NCBI GenBank assembly: GCA_043228905.1
Contig: JBHGNT010000002.1
Coordinates: forward strand, 23,126,001-23,190,000
Length of the DNA: 64,000 bases
Direction: 5' to 3'
Origin: Azolla caroliniana
Lineage: Eukaryota > Plantae > Polypodiophyta
Part shown: positions 28,019-40,939 of the stretch, piece by piece
How positions within the stretch are numbered: the stretch's first letter is position 1
How the letters are laid out: each line of letters opens with the position of its first letter
The notes under the pieces: generated by a model
Told to the model about the DNA's origin: nothing
What the model saw: the letters and a program-made list of their open reading frames with translations, nothing else
Database searches by the model: none
Translations under genes and position numbers: made by a program

Positions 28019-29927
28019 CAAAGGCTTGTCCGCAATTTCTTATGTGGTGCATCTGATGCAAATACACGATCTAAAGTTGCATGGAAGGTAATAATATCTT
28101 CTCCTCATGAGGGAGGATTAGGGTTGATAGACCCAATGTTTCAATGTAGAGCATTACTTGGGAAATTTGTTGTGAGAAGTATGATGCCAAGGAATGAACC
28201 ATGGAAATTGTTACTTCATGAACGTATGAAGGCATTGGTTCCATGTAGAGGTGGACATTGGAAGCGAAATGTGAGGTGGTGGTTTGTGCACAAGGATATG
28301 CCTTTGACTTCTATTTTTGCATTAGATAAAATTTTTAAGTCTTTATTAAGAGCTTGGAAATGTTTGTTGCCTAATATTGTGCATAAACATCCTATATGGG
28401 AGGACGAGTGGAAAAGGCAACCAATTTGTTGGAACCCCTTGATTAAGGATGATTATGGTAACATGTTAGGAAGAAGGACAAGATTAAATTGGGCAGCAGT
28501 TGATGAGGCATTTGCGCCTAATGTTGGTACTTGGTTAAACTTTAACCAATCCTCTAGGGATGTTAAGGAACATGTTTTGAAATCAATAAGAGGTGGTACT
28601 TTAATGTTCCAAGAGATAAGTTATGTTTGTAATAGGATTTTACCCTCTTCTTTTAATTCAAACCATGTGTGGTACGTGGCATTCTCTTCTTTTAATGTCT
28701 TGATTGGAGTAAGAGCTTATACATCTAATGAATCCTTCCGGGCATTTATAATAGTTTCATATGGAAAATTGCAATGGGTCTCTATGGAAGATGACCTTCT
28801 CAATTTAGTGGAGTGGAAACCTATTAGGGTGGTTGCAAAACTAGGGAAGGTATGTATTATTGATCCCCATCCTAAAAAAGTAAACCCATTATGGGATATT
28901 TGGGTTTGTGATAATAAACCCTTATTGTAGTTAGAGTGGGATCCAACGGAATAGTGGTGGAGAGATGCTAATGGTAAGATGGTTTCTTTCTTTCACTACT
29001 CGGTAAAATTAGGTAGGGAATTCCAACGAAGGAGGACTCTAGTTATGCCGGTTGCAGCTAAGGTATGGTTAAATAATAGTTTGCCTATGCATTCTGTATT
29101 GGCATTTTGGAAATGGTTGTGGGCTTTATAGATTCCTCGCAAAATCATTACATTTAGATGGTTGTGTGTACACTATGCACTTCCAGTCTTGGAATGGATG
29201 CATAGGGAAGAGGAAACCAAAACTTGCTCTTTTTGTGGGCTTCACTTGGAATCAATGCAACATGCCTTATGGAACTGTATGGCTACATGCTCTGTTTGGA
29301 AACATATGTTGCGTCTCATTGATGTTGCATATGGACGTAATGTGATTACATGGGGAAATGTCTTTTGGATGGACGTAAATGTGGATAAACATAATTATGA
29401 AAGGGAAAAGATATTGTTTACCCTTCAAACTAGGGGAAGGCAAGTTAAGGACATACCATATTCAAGCCCAAATCGGTTGAATGTGGATGCCACAATATGG
29501 GCTACGATATCATCAGTGGTTCTATGGAATATTTGGATAGGTCGATGCCAAAATGTGTTTCAGCAAATAAAGCAAAATCCTGTTCATTGTGTGAAGGAAA
29601 TTTGGTTGATGCTTATCTCAACTCTAAAAGGTCAATATGACTCCTTCACGGGTAATGAAGATATGATTTTTCTGAAACAACAATCCTTTAAAGGCAAATG
29701 GAAGGATTTGCTAGTTTTTGTGGAGAGAAATGACAAAATGGAATGGCAATATGTACCCCCGCGATGGTTGTTCCCTCCATAGGTAGAGGTTTGTTTCAAT
29801 TTTGACATAAGGGGGGATATCTTACCCGCCACTAAAATGTACCATTATAGGTTTGTATTTGCTTATTGCATTGGTAATGGAAACTATGGTGTAGTTTATG
29901 TTGAAAAAATAAAAAAAGAAAAAAAAG
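28019..29927 (+). mobile_element. 5'-truncated L1-like LINE with poly(A) tail and 20-bp TSD
   Basis: TSD AATGCCTAATCCAAATCTAT at 27999-28018 and 29928-29947. A-rich tail at ~29904-29926. ORF2 remnant RNFLCG...KVAWKVI...EGGLGLID and zf-RVT (CSFCGLHLESMQHALWNC), with in-frame stops. Confidence 0.93.
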
Positions 29928-31390
29928 AATGCCTAATCCAAATCTATTTAGATTCACACTAATGTACTAAGAAGGGTAACATCAAGGTCACATCATCGTC
30001 AAGTTCTACACAATATCATCCTTTTTATTTGTATGTGTGTGTGCGCATATACATAGATTGTATTTTACTATATATTTTTTCTCTACCACAGTGGCTCACC
30101 ACGTTAGGAACAAATGAGTTCCTAGCACAATGGGAGTAGTGTAGTGCTCATTTAATATCTTTATAAGATAACTCCACATGATGGGAACGATTTGCTTCTC
30201 ACCACTATGAGAGGGGTCTCCATGACAAAAGCAATAGACTTCTCACCGTGGTGGGAGTAGTTTAGCATTTACAAGAATGGGAAACTTCACATGGAGTCAC
30301 CATGATGGGATTAGTTTAAATTTGCTCACCATGATGGGAATAATTCACTTTTATACACAATGGGAGTGTTTAGGGGGTGACTATGGTGGTTTTTCCCAAC
30401 CTTAAAAGAGCTTCTATGAAAAAGTATAGTTGATGCTCTTTAATGACACACATTTTGATAATGATTATAAAGCAAAAAAGCTTATATTGAGCAATCAAGG
30501 AGACGAAAAAATAGAAAACACTACCAAGCAAAAATGAAATAGCTAACAAGGGATTATGCTAATTAAACTAAGTAAAACAAGAGAAAGAAAAATAACCAAA
30601 AGAATAGAAAAGATTGCTTGAGTGGGTAAGTGGTTCTTCCTCTTCTCCTTAGCTTATACATGGACGTGGAAGCTTATGAAAAGCTCATAGAGAGTTTTGA
30701 GTAGTGCTTCTATTCCCTTAGAACAATGATGCCAAAGATGTAACATATTTCAATGTCATTACTGGAACTATTTCTTACTTGGGTGTTCTTCTTCGGAACC
30801 ATCTCAATGTCAATGCACACGAACATATCATCATCTACCATTTTGTTCATCAACTATCATACGACTAATGACTTATCATAAAACTAACTACTAGACAAAC
30901 TCTTGAGTTGCTATATCACACAATTAATGATAATACTAAACACAAGAGAGACTTTACCACATTTGATAAGGTTTCTTATGGAATGAATTAGCTTCCTTTT
31001 GTTTGCACAAGTAACTTCGTTAGATACAATGATTAGGATTAGGCTTGAAATTAGGAAAGTGATTAGAGAGAGATAGGGAGAGGCTCAGGCTTGAGCTTTG
31101 GGATCAAAAAGTTCTTTGAATCAATACAATGATGTTCTTTTCAAACATGAGAGGGTATAAAGGTTTATATATTTTTATACCTTGTTACAATGTTTAACTT
31201 GAGCACCCTCTTTATTGTCTTACGTATCCAAGGGGTTCCGTCATTTTCATAGCACAGGAGGTGAAATGTATGGTGGATATTTAACACAAGGCAAGGTGGT
31301 ATGAGACTCTCCAAAATAAGTAGCAATTGTGTCATACATGATAATATATAAGAAGTGAATGTAAGTCCAAACTTGGATCACAATACTTGA

Positions 31391-31804
31391 CGATAAGGGT
31401 ACAAGAGATATTGTTTTCCACCACAGACAATATCCACTCAACTCCCATCAATGCCAAATCTCAAGTCGAGTTGGAATTGGTCAACCCAATAACACTTTGG
31501 ATTATTTGGAAACAATGTTGTAGGCAGGTCTTCTCTAATCAAACCATGCGTTAGGCGTTAAATAGATATGGAGTGAAGTTGTAGCCATGCTAAAGAGCCA
31601 ATATTATGGCATCACGGGCGGAATCAATGGAGCTGAAAGACAACGATTAGCCCTTATCCAACAATGGTCGTCCTCTACCTTTCTTGAGCTAGTGGGCCTC
31701 CACATAAGATGAAACTATTGCGTTCGTACTTGGATTTGTATATAACATTCTCAGTTGTAAAACTTTGTAACTAATGGAAGGAGTTTTATTTTTGGAAAAA
31801 AAGT
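31391..31804 (+). mobile_element. Short 5'-truncated L1-like LINE with 11-bp TSD
   Basis: ACAATACTTGA at 31380-31390 and 31805-31815. Internal translation ITLWIIWKQCC...IWSEVVAMLKSQYYGITG...IR*NYCVRTW matches the other LINE C-termini. Short A tail. Confidence 0.75.
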
Positions 31805-31811
31805 ACAATAC

Positions 31812-32114
31812 TTGAAGAAACAAAACCTATTTGAAGTGTCGACCTCGGGACTAAATTGTGACAACCAATCGTGTATAAATCTTGCATGTAATCCAAATAT
31901 GAACTACAACATCAAACATATTTCTTTCAAGCATCATTTCCTTGTAGACCTAATTGATGAAAAGAAAATAAGATTGAAACTCACCCCATCAATCACGATA
32001 TGCATGGGCTTCCTCACAAAGCTAGTTCCAAGCCACAAACATATTCTTTGTTGCAAGAAAAGACAATTACTCAACGTTACAAATGTTGAAGAAAAGGATA
32101 TGGAGATTTCATGA
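31812..32114 (+). mobile_element. Decayed Ty1/copia RNase H C-terminus
   Basis: LNCDNQSCINLACNP...IKHISFKHHFL...FLTKL matches the copia CDNQSAI.LA.NP..H.RTKHI...HF motif. Confidence 0.7.
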
Positions 32115-34551
32115 TTCCCTTAGAGAGAGTATTGAAATAAACTATTTCATAACTAAGGAAATAAAATATTGCAAAGGCATTGTGTTCCTTAGATGAGACT
32201 CGATATGGAAACTAATTCATAACTAAGGAAATAAACAAGTCAAATAAAATATTGAAAAGGCATCACATCCCTTAAATGAGGTTGGATGTGGAAACTATTT
32301 AGTTTGTGCAAGTGTGACTTCCCAAACATTTCAAGCTACAAAAAACAAAGGGCTTATGATAATCTTTTGTTTACCGAAGTAAATCAAGGTCATCAAATGA
32401 AGCTCTCCCTATGCTTTCTTGGTCCAACAAACAACATTAAGAAAAACAAGCACTCGCATGAATATGTGCACAACCCAATCCGATAATATCAAATCCTACA
32501 ACTTACCTTTAATATTTTTGAGTACCCAAGAATGCCTCCCTTTCCACACAATGGGATATTCAAGATGTTGACAAATTCTATTAGCTCATATTAAAGTAAA
32601 AAGTTTGAGGGCCACCTCACAATTTGAAATTCATGAATAATATTTGTTGGGTGTGAAAAAAGAGCCATCACTCTATTCATGACCAAAGAAGGTCTTCCTC
32701 GATGGCAACTTTACACTTCGGAAGAGGCAATGCTTCGTTAATTCTTCCATGTAAAGCACTAAAGGCTGATAAGTGATTGTGTGCATGTCGGCACCTAAGG
32801 AGGGAACTGTAGCTAACAAATTTCCCAGGATAAGATTTTTTGTATCCAAAACGTGGGAAGTTTTGTTGTCTTTACAGAGAAGACATATCAAGTTTTGTAA
32901 ACTTATGTTCAAGTCTAATATGCAAACAATTGTTGCAATTAATATCATTGGGCAACATCAAAGGCCTTTTGATTAATGATTTACATAATAAGGACATCCT
33001 AACTTGTATGCTATGCAATTTAAGGTAAATATCTTCAAGGCTAACAAACATTGTTGATAATAAGTAACATTAGGACATTTAATTAGTTTTAGAATTGCCT
33101 CAAGCATTCAATAATTAGACCATCTGATCTTGATTATTTGTAGCATGGGGGTATATTCAATTGGTGAGAAAGTGAAATCCAAACTTCGTAATTTGTGATA
33201 ATGAGATTTTTTCCATGAAGACAACCTTCTAACATTGGTTCGTCAAACATTTTGATGGATACAAAAATAGATGGCATTTTCGCGAAAAGGGAGTAGTGTC
33301 ACTTTGATCAATTACCATTTGCTTTGAGCGAAGTTTCCTTGTTTTCTTGAATCCATTGAACAATTATCGCCATTATGTAGGTTCTTGATGTGTACAAAGT
33401 ATTCTTATGGCACTTGAGAATATTAAAGGGAGAGTTCATGGAAGCATCATTTAGTGAGAGGATGCTCCCCAAGTTAATAATAGCTAGGTGTGAAAGTATC
33501 TCTTTGTAGGCCACGTTTTTTGGCTCTCAAGCATGCTGGATAATAATAATTAGTTTAAGTCGTGGGGTTCCAATAAAGTGTTCACATGTTTGAGGACCAG
33601 TCTCTTTCATAGGTCATTCATATGAATTTGCTAAAATCAAGCATGAGAAACTATAAATATAATGTGCTGTTGTAAATATAGCTAGACAAGTATCAATTGA
33701 TTGTCACTCAACTTTATCAAAACTCAAAACCTAGGACATATATTTGGCAATAATGATATAGTTAAATTTGCACATTATGACATTGCGGAATGTTATGTCT
33801 GGGGTTTATTTGAGCTAAATCTACAAAAAAACTTGAAGTACTCTTATAACGCAATCACAAAGTTCTCAATCCTAAGGGGTACTACGCCAATTACGATATA
33901 ATTAATTGGTATTTTTATCACTAAACCTAAAAAAGTCAAGAACAATACTTATGAAGTCATTATGTACTTCTCAAAGTTGAGAAGGCATGTGACAATTACA
34001 AAATAATTAAGTAGTATGATTTGCCCTTTGTTTAAACCCACATGCCCAACCAAGTTCAATTATCGAATTGACTCCAATCTCTCTAATGATACTATTTTAC
34101 TGGATGGCGCCGCCAAATGCTATTATTGTCATGAAGTTATCTGCGTACATGTGAAATTTGAGAGATACCATTGTTGACTTGAACACGAGAGGATGGGTTG
34201 ATTCAAGTCTTTTTAAGTTCACTGTTTAAGGATGCCGATTATCTACATTGGCTTTCTCTTTTAGAAGTTCAATTTTACTTTCTTAAATTTTTTGTGAGAT
34301 CGTACAAGGTCCCTGTATGTGAATATGCATGTGTGTGTATTTATATGTATGTCTAATTTAGTGTACATAGGTGCACCATGGGATATATGCATTTGTCAAT
34401 GGGAGAGAGAGGGGTATTATTGTTATTATTTTATTTTAATAAAATAATAATCTCATTATTTTGTTTAGTTTTAATTTATTTATTATTTTAATTTTTATGA
34501 ATATTATAATTAACAATATTGTTATTATATATATATATATTTAATGTTATT

Positions 34552-35330
34552 TGTTTTTTAAAAGAAAGTTGCACCTTAGTATTTCTTGAGAATTGTACAT
34601 AGAGAAAACAAAAGGAGACATATAATCTAATCTCCCTTCTATTGTGATACAAAGGCTAGTATAAGCATCTGACCAAACAAATGATGCCATATGTGAAACA
34701 ATAACTACGAGCTATGCAATAGAAAAGAAGGTATTGTATAATTCCACCTCAGACTAGAAGTTGTATCCAAAAATAAGTGAAGCCCTTGCCGTCGTTTCTT
34801 AAAGGCCACTTGACGTTGCCATAGACCATCAGTTGAACCCTGCAGATCATCATATTGACCACGTATTGTGTGAACAAATAACATCCAGAATTCAATAAGC
34901 ATGGTGCGGAGATGTATGTGAGCATTGTTATAAACAACATCACATCTCGCTTTCCATATTATCCAAAGAGTCAACGACGTAATAGTATGCCAAATAACTA
35001 GATTTTCAATTCTGAACCGTCCATGGGAAAAGTGAAAGACATGAGAAACATGCGTACTTTCATACCTCATCACATCTCCATAAAGGACACCCCATAATAC
35101 TGCATCCAAGAGAAAATAGATCGAGAATAATGTTGTCTTAGCAATAAAAACAACTTACTCCAAAATTGCTTGATCCGGGGACATAACCAAAACACATGTA
35201 AAATAGATTCCATAGGTGCACCACAATGCATTCCACAAGCATATTGCTGATTTTGCCTCAACCAATCACCAATAGGAAGAGCATAATGCATTAGAAGGCA
35301 ACGAAAACAAAGAACTTTTTTCGGCAACTT
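34552..35330 (-). mobile_element. L1-like LINE 3' fragment
   Basis: zf-RVT (FRCLLMHYALP...CGMHCGAPMESILHVFWLC) and C-terminus (TLWIIWKARC...TIRGQYDDLQG...WNYTIP), split by a frameshift. Confidence 0.8.
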
Positions 35331-36763
35331 GCACGGTTATTGTTGTTGGGCGACATCAACCAATGTCACTTGCACGATTAGCGGTGGCCGATGGCAACAA
35401 ATGACCACGTTGATTAACGATGCATAATTGTAGTCAATGGTGGTGACTTGGCGGTAACGCAACCATTGTGGGTGATGAGACAAACATTCGTTAACTAATA
35501 CAATTATTAATATTTAAACTTACTATTTTTATTTATTTATTTCTTATTATTAATTTTATTTTGATAAGTTATTATTATTATCCTCGTGGGGGGAGGGGAA
35601 ATATTCGTAATTTATGATTTTAATTTTCCTTTCAAGCGCAATTTGACATACGACAAGATGGCAGCCTCGGTCAGCTTCTATAGTTGGAAAAGTTACGCAC
35701 AACTTTTCGTTCAGAGGCTGGAATCGAGATTTGAAAAATCCGTTGTGAGATGAAATGAGTATTTGGGTGAGATGGTTAGGTGATTCGTTATACGTCGATT
35801 TTGATGGATTTGGAATTTGGGGCCGTAAAATTTGATGCATTCCTCGTTAAATGATTAGGAAAATCTTAAATAGGGATTTGCAAGAGATATTTGAATATAA
35901 ATTTAGAAGATGATAAGAAACAATAAATTTATGAGGATGAGCACATATAACGAGTACTAAACTCTTGGCTCCGTTACATGGAGTGGTATAGTAGGAAAAG
36001 AAAGAAGAAAGGTAAATAGATAGAAATAAATGAGGTAAATGATCGCGAGTAGAGCTTCGGGGGAGATCCTCAACTTTCAGTGCGACGTCCCAACAAATGA
36101 CCACGTTGCCTTTGTCATTGTTGGCCTCTGCATGCCCTCTTGATCCGCAACTCCAAGCTCGCTACAAATTCTAGCAACACTTCAGCCTCGTTATCAAATC
36201 CTCCCCCCCCCCAACAAACAAAAGCTCGCCTCACCATTTTATAGGGTTTGAGAGGGCTCTCTCGCAAATAAAAATAATGGGTGCTTTTTACTATTATTTA
36301 CCATGCACCTCCCGTTTTCCCCACTTGGATGCACTACTTTTTCTCCAGTGCATGATGCTAGTGAACAACTGATCATAATGTCCATCATTCCATTCTTTCG
36401 TCTAGTCCGACTCATAGCATGAGCTCTTACCAATTGAGCTAAGCCTTTTTGTTGTATTTAAATACAACTCATTCTAAGTCCTTCTTACGATACCCATGCC
36501 CAATCCTTCAACCTTCTATAATATTTCAAGTTGAACACATCATGACAAATGTCGCCTCTCAAGTCTATTAAACTAGACTTACAAGAATAACTTGATTGAA
36601 ACTTAACATTATCTCGTTAAAACAAAGTCATGAAGCCATGGGGTGGAGACCTTTAATTAAGTTTTATTAGATAACTTAGAGGGGTATTCTTGAAAATATC
36701 CAAATCCCTAGGGGTATTCCTGTAAATATCCAAGCTTCATGAACCTGAGTATGGAATCTTGAG

Positions 36764-39373
36764 ATGCTTGGGATTCCTTCCCAAAGAAAACCCATCAAGG
36801 AAATCCTCTGTTTTCACCATGGATTTGTTGTACTCAATATTCAGTCTTTCACGTCAAGGTATTCTACTTTGCTCCCTATACCTGTATGCGCTTCTTCTAT
36901 TTCAAAATATTCTTTATACTCAGATCTGTTGAAGAGATTTGCATCATCAAGAGATCTTTCCAATGGCCTCCTCATACATCATCACATCATGGTATGTGAT
37001 TATAATATTGAACAAAATGAGATTCTTAAAAATAACCTTCTTCATATGTACCTTGAATGTGGTGCTCTTATGGAAGCTCGAAAGCTCTTTGATTCGATGC
37101 ATATTTTCAATAAATTCGCACGAAATGTTATTATCCGATCATATATACAAAATGGGCAGGTTCAGTTTGCTCTTGATTTGTTTTATCAAATGCATAAAGA
37201 AGGTATGGTCCCAGATACATACATATTTGTTAGTATACTGTCGGCATGTCCTGACCATATAGACATAAAAGATGCAATGCATATACATGCTAACATTGTT
37301 AGAATTGGTGTTGAATCTCATGTTATTGTTGCAACTACGCTTATTAATATTTATGGTAAATGTGGTATGGTTAATGATGCCTTGATGGTATTTGAGATGA
37401 TATCAGAACGAAATGTGATATGTTGGAATGCTATTATTGCTTCATATGCAAATGCCAGTGGGAAAGATGTAGATATGTTAATGAAGTTGTATGTAAAAAT
37501 GCAAGAAGAATGTTTCCTTCCTGATAAAGTCACTTTTATTAGTGTTCTTCATGGATGTGCAAAACCCTCATTCTTATATGAAGGTCGAAAACTACATGCT
37601 AGGTTTATATCGTGTAAAGAAATAAAGAAAGATATCATTTTCTACACAGCCCTAGTTGACATGTATGGTAAATGTGGTAGCCTTGAGGAGGCTCAGGATA
37701 TATTCAATCAAATAGAAGAGCAGAATATTGTGTCATGGACAGCTTTAATATCAGCATGTGCTCACCATGGAGACGAGAGAAAATCTCATCATTTATACAA
37801 GCAAATGCATCAAGAAGGAGTATTGGGAGATAATGTGACTTATGTGAGTATACTCAATGCATTTTCTTGTGGTGGGAACCTTTTAGAAGGCAAGCTTATA
37901 CATGCTTCTATCGCTGGAACGTCACTTGAATCAGATGTTATTGTGGCAACTTGTCTTCTTAACATGTACAGTAATTGCGGAAACCTAGAGTGCTCAAGAA
38001 GCATATTCAATATGATACGAGAACCCAATGGATATTCATGGAATTCTATGATTGCCGCATATGCACGGCATGGGCATATTCATGAAGCTTTACATCTTTT
38101 TCTGCAAATGCATGAAAGAGGAAAGACTCCACATGAACTTGCTATTATAAATGTCTTGTATGTATGTGGAAATCAAGGAGCCGAAGAATTGGGAAAACAA
38201 ATCCACTCCTATATTGTAATGAACATTATAGAATCTGACATAGTCCATACAGCTCTAATTATTGTGTACAGCAAGTTTGGGTTACTTTATGATGCATATT
38301 ATATCTTTGATTTATTTCATGAGAAAACAATGGTGATTTGGAATGCAATCTTTTCTGTTCAAGTGTCCAATGGACAATGGAAACATGCATTTCAGTCCTT
38401 CGAGCAAATTCAGCAAGAAGGGTTAATTCCAGATAAAGAAACATTCAGTAGCATCCTTTCTGAGCTTCCTAAATCAACAGCTTCCTCATTTGAAAAAATA
38501 ATACTTGCTCGTATTTCCTTTAGTGGCGTTATGAGACCAGGTTTGATTAATCTATATGGGAAGTGCTACAACTTGAGAGATGCCAATAACTTGTTTGATG
38601 TAATACCTTGTCAGGACTTGGTAGCTTGGAATGCAATCATTATAGCTACTGTCGAGAATGGGCAGATAATGTATGCATTTCAGCTTTTTCTTCAAATGCA
38701 CTTAGAAGGAGTGATAGCTGATAAGATTGTCTTTCTCATATTTCTTGACCTTTGTGCTAGCCATACCTTATTAACAAAAGGAAAATTGTTGCATGTTCAT
38801 GCAATTGTAAGTGCTGTACAATGTGATGTTGCTGTTGGTACTGCCTTGATCAACATGTATGGGAGATGTGGCAGTATAGAAAATGCAAAGAAGGTTTTCG
38901 ATGACCTATATGACCGAAATTTGCTCACATTTACTTGCATGATTACTATATTTGCACAACATGGGCATGGTAGTGATGCCATTCTTCTCTTTCATAGGAT
39001 GCACGATGAGGGCTTAATACCAGATAAGGTTACATATACAAGCATCCTGTGTGCATGTGGTCATAGTGGTATAATTGAAGATGGTATAGCTCACTTTCTT
39101 AACATGGAGATTCTTCATGGCATAATTCCTGTTCCAGATCATTTCAACTGCATTATTGAACTACTTGGGAAGGCTAGCCAGCTTGAAAGAGCAAAAAATC
39201 TGATTGCAAATATACCATTTCAACCGACAGCAATTTCGTGGACTATATTGTTAGATGGTTATAAGAGGTTACCTGGTGTGGGTTGTGGAAATCATCTGGC
39301 AAATCATTTGTTTGAAGTGGACATGCATGATGCTGCATCTTATGTTATCTTCTCAAATATGTGTGTAATATGA
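36764..39373 (+). CDS. PLS-class PPR protein with E1/E2 motifs, no DYW, 869 aa
   Basis: Intronless ORF with repeated PPR motifs (TALVDMYGKCGSLEEA, NIVSWTALISAC, PDKVTYTSILCACGHSG). C-terminus DHFNCIIELLGKASQL...PFQPTAISW...AASYVIFSNM, then stop. Confidence 0.94.
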   Translation: MLGIPSQRKPIKEILCFHHGFVVLNIQSFTSRYSTLLPIPVCASSISKYSLYSDLLKRFASSRDLSNGLLIHHHIMVCDYNIEQNEILKNNLLHMYLECGALMEARKLFDSMHIFNKFARNVIIRSYIQNGQVQFALDLFYQMHKEGMVPDTYIFVSILSACPDHIDIKDAMHIHANIVRIGVESHVIVATTLINIYGKCGMVNDALMVFEMISERNVICWNAIIASYANASGKDVDMLMKLYVKMQEECFLPDKVTFISVLHGCAKPSFLYEGRKLHARFISCKEIKKDIIFYTALVDMYGKCGSLEEAQDIFNQIEEQNIVSWTALISACAHHGDERKSHHLYKQMHQEGVLGDNVTYVSILNAFSCGGNLLEGKLIHASIAGTSLESDVIVATCLLNMYSNCGNLECSRSIFNMIREPNGYSWNSMIAAYARHGHIHEALHLFLQMHERGKTPHELAIINVLYVCGNQGAEELGKQIHSYIVMNIIESDIVHTALIIVYSKFGLLYDAYYIFDLFHEKTMVIWNAIFSVQVSNGQWKHAFQSFEQIQQEGLIPDKETFSSILSELPKSTASSFEKIILARISFSGVMRPGLINLYGKCYNLRDANNLFDVIPCQDLVAWNAIIIATVENGQIMYAFQLFLQMHLEGVIADKIVFLIFLDLCASHTLLTKGKLLHVHAIVSAVQCDVAVGTALINMYGRCGSIENAKKVFDDLYDRNLLTFTCMITIFAQHGHGSDAILLFHRMHDEGLIPDKVTYTSILCACGHSGIIEDGIAHFLNMEILHGIIPVPDHFNCIIELLGKASQLERAKNLIANIPFQPTAISWTILLDGYKRLPGVGCGNHLANHLFEVDMHDAASYVIFSNMCVI

Positions 39374-40886
39374 TGATTGATCTTCCATTTGCAACTTTTT
39401 CCATTTTTTGCATGTCTATTGCATTCATATCGTCCCTCTTGTATATGGTATAGGTTAATCATGACAAAATTTAATTCAATCTCATCAATGAGATCATGAT
39501 CAAGGCAAGTTGGTCATACCTATTTTCTATGTCATCAACGTCTTTCCAATTTTTGTACATAGAAATGTTAATTAGGTATATGGGTTCTAACTGGTAATTG
39601 TGGTGCTGGGATCGCAAGTGAAGAGTTTCTTTGAAGTATTTATACATCAGTTGGTGCTATGGCACTTCCATGCTTGAAGAAAAATCTTGTAGCCTTTTTG
39701 TCGGAAACTAGAGCATTTGAGTATGTGATTGATTGTCATTCCTTTGCAAAGATGATGGTGAATATCATTGTTTGCAAATATTCTACTTCTGGCACTTATG
39801 CTTGTTGGCATTTTTTCCTTTGATCTCCCATATTGTTATTTGTATATTCATCATGAATTAAAAACCCTAATGCTTGCTATTCAAGGGTTTTCAAGGACTA
39901 AAGATGAGAAGGTCAAGAAGTTCAACAATGATAAGCTACTTAGCCAATGACAGTCAAGGCATCCAAAAATCTCGAAACACTTCATGCCAAAGTGGAAGGT
40001 GGACGTGTACACTATTCTTTCACGTATTCAAAATGAGGGTCAAAATCTTTTGAATAGATAGTGAAGGGTGAAATCAACAATATTTTTGGCCCTATACAAT
40101 TTAGCTCTAATCAAGGACTGTAAAAACCTAGATAATTTCTTTAAATTGGTGTTTTGTTCTTGTTTTATTTTCACTTTATCTCATTATTTGTAAATAATGT
40201 ACATATCGTATACAAGCTAATGAGAGTATCAACAAAGTGTGTCAATGCTAATCTAAATCCACATTTTCATCTATAATATGGAGGCATTTGGATTAAAGTC
40301 ACAACTAATATAAATGAAATGAAAAATCAAGAAAGGGTTGAAGATGCACCATGTCATGGTGACATTTACAATGGAATTGTAGTTGATTAGCAAGTTGTGA
40401 AATTAAAATATGTTTATAATAAACATGGTGATCACAAAGTGAAAATAGGATTTTCTTTTAGATAAACGCAACATTGCATTATGCCTAAGAATTCATCGAG
40501 CTATCTTGATGTTGTAAGATTGCTGCCAATGCTCCATTTTATTTATATTTATTTATTTAAGAGATTCAAGTAAGGTAACTCAAGCACTAAATTTAATATA
40601 TCAAATTACGGAGGATGTCTAATGTGACTAATCAATTTTATACCATGGACAGTTTATATGGTGTTGTGAAAATACATGTGTGCGTGTGAAATGCGATGGG
40701 GATCCTCGGGGACTTGAACCAGAGAGGATGGGAATTCAAAGTTGTCAAGGATAGAGTGCTCATGGATGTCAATTTCCTCTCTTGCGAAAGAGACCTTTGA
40801 AGATTGTATATGCTCATATATTCTTTATAAATATGAACAATTTGTATATACATATTTGATTATGTACGCGCGCGTGTGTTTGTGTT

Positions 40887-40939
<53 letters not shown>

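Noticed and set aside
32600-33600. Short ORFs that might be a transposase remnant
   Set aside because: No recognisable motif in any frame.
39659-39823. DYW-like peptide (KKNL...DCHSFAKMM..IIV) downstream of PPR3
   Set aside because: It lacks HSE and CxxC spacing and the terminal DYW, and is not linked in frame. Probably chance.
40695-40735. tRNA B-box-like GGTTCAAGTCC on the minus strand
   Set aside because: No A-box or cloverleaf could be built, so it is not called as a tRNA or SINE.
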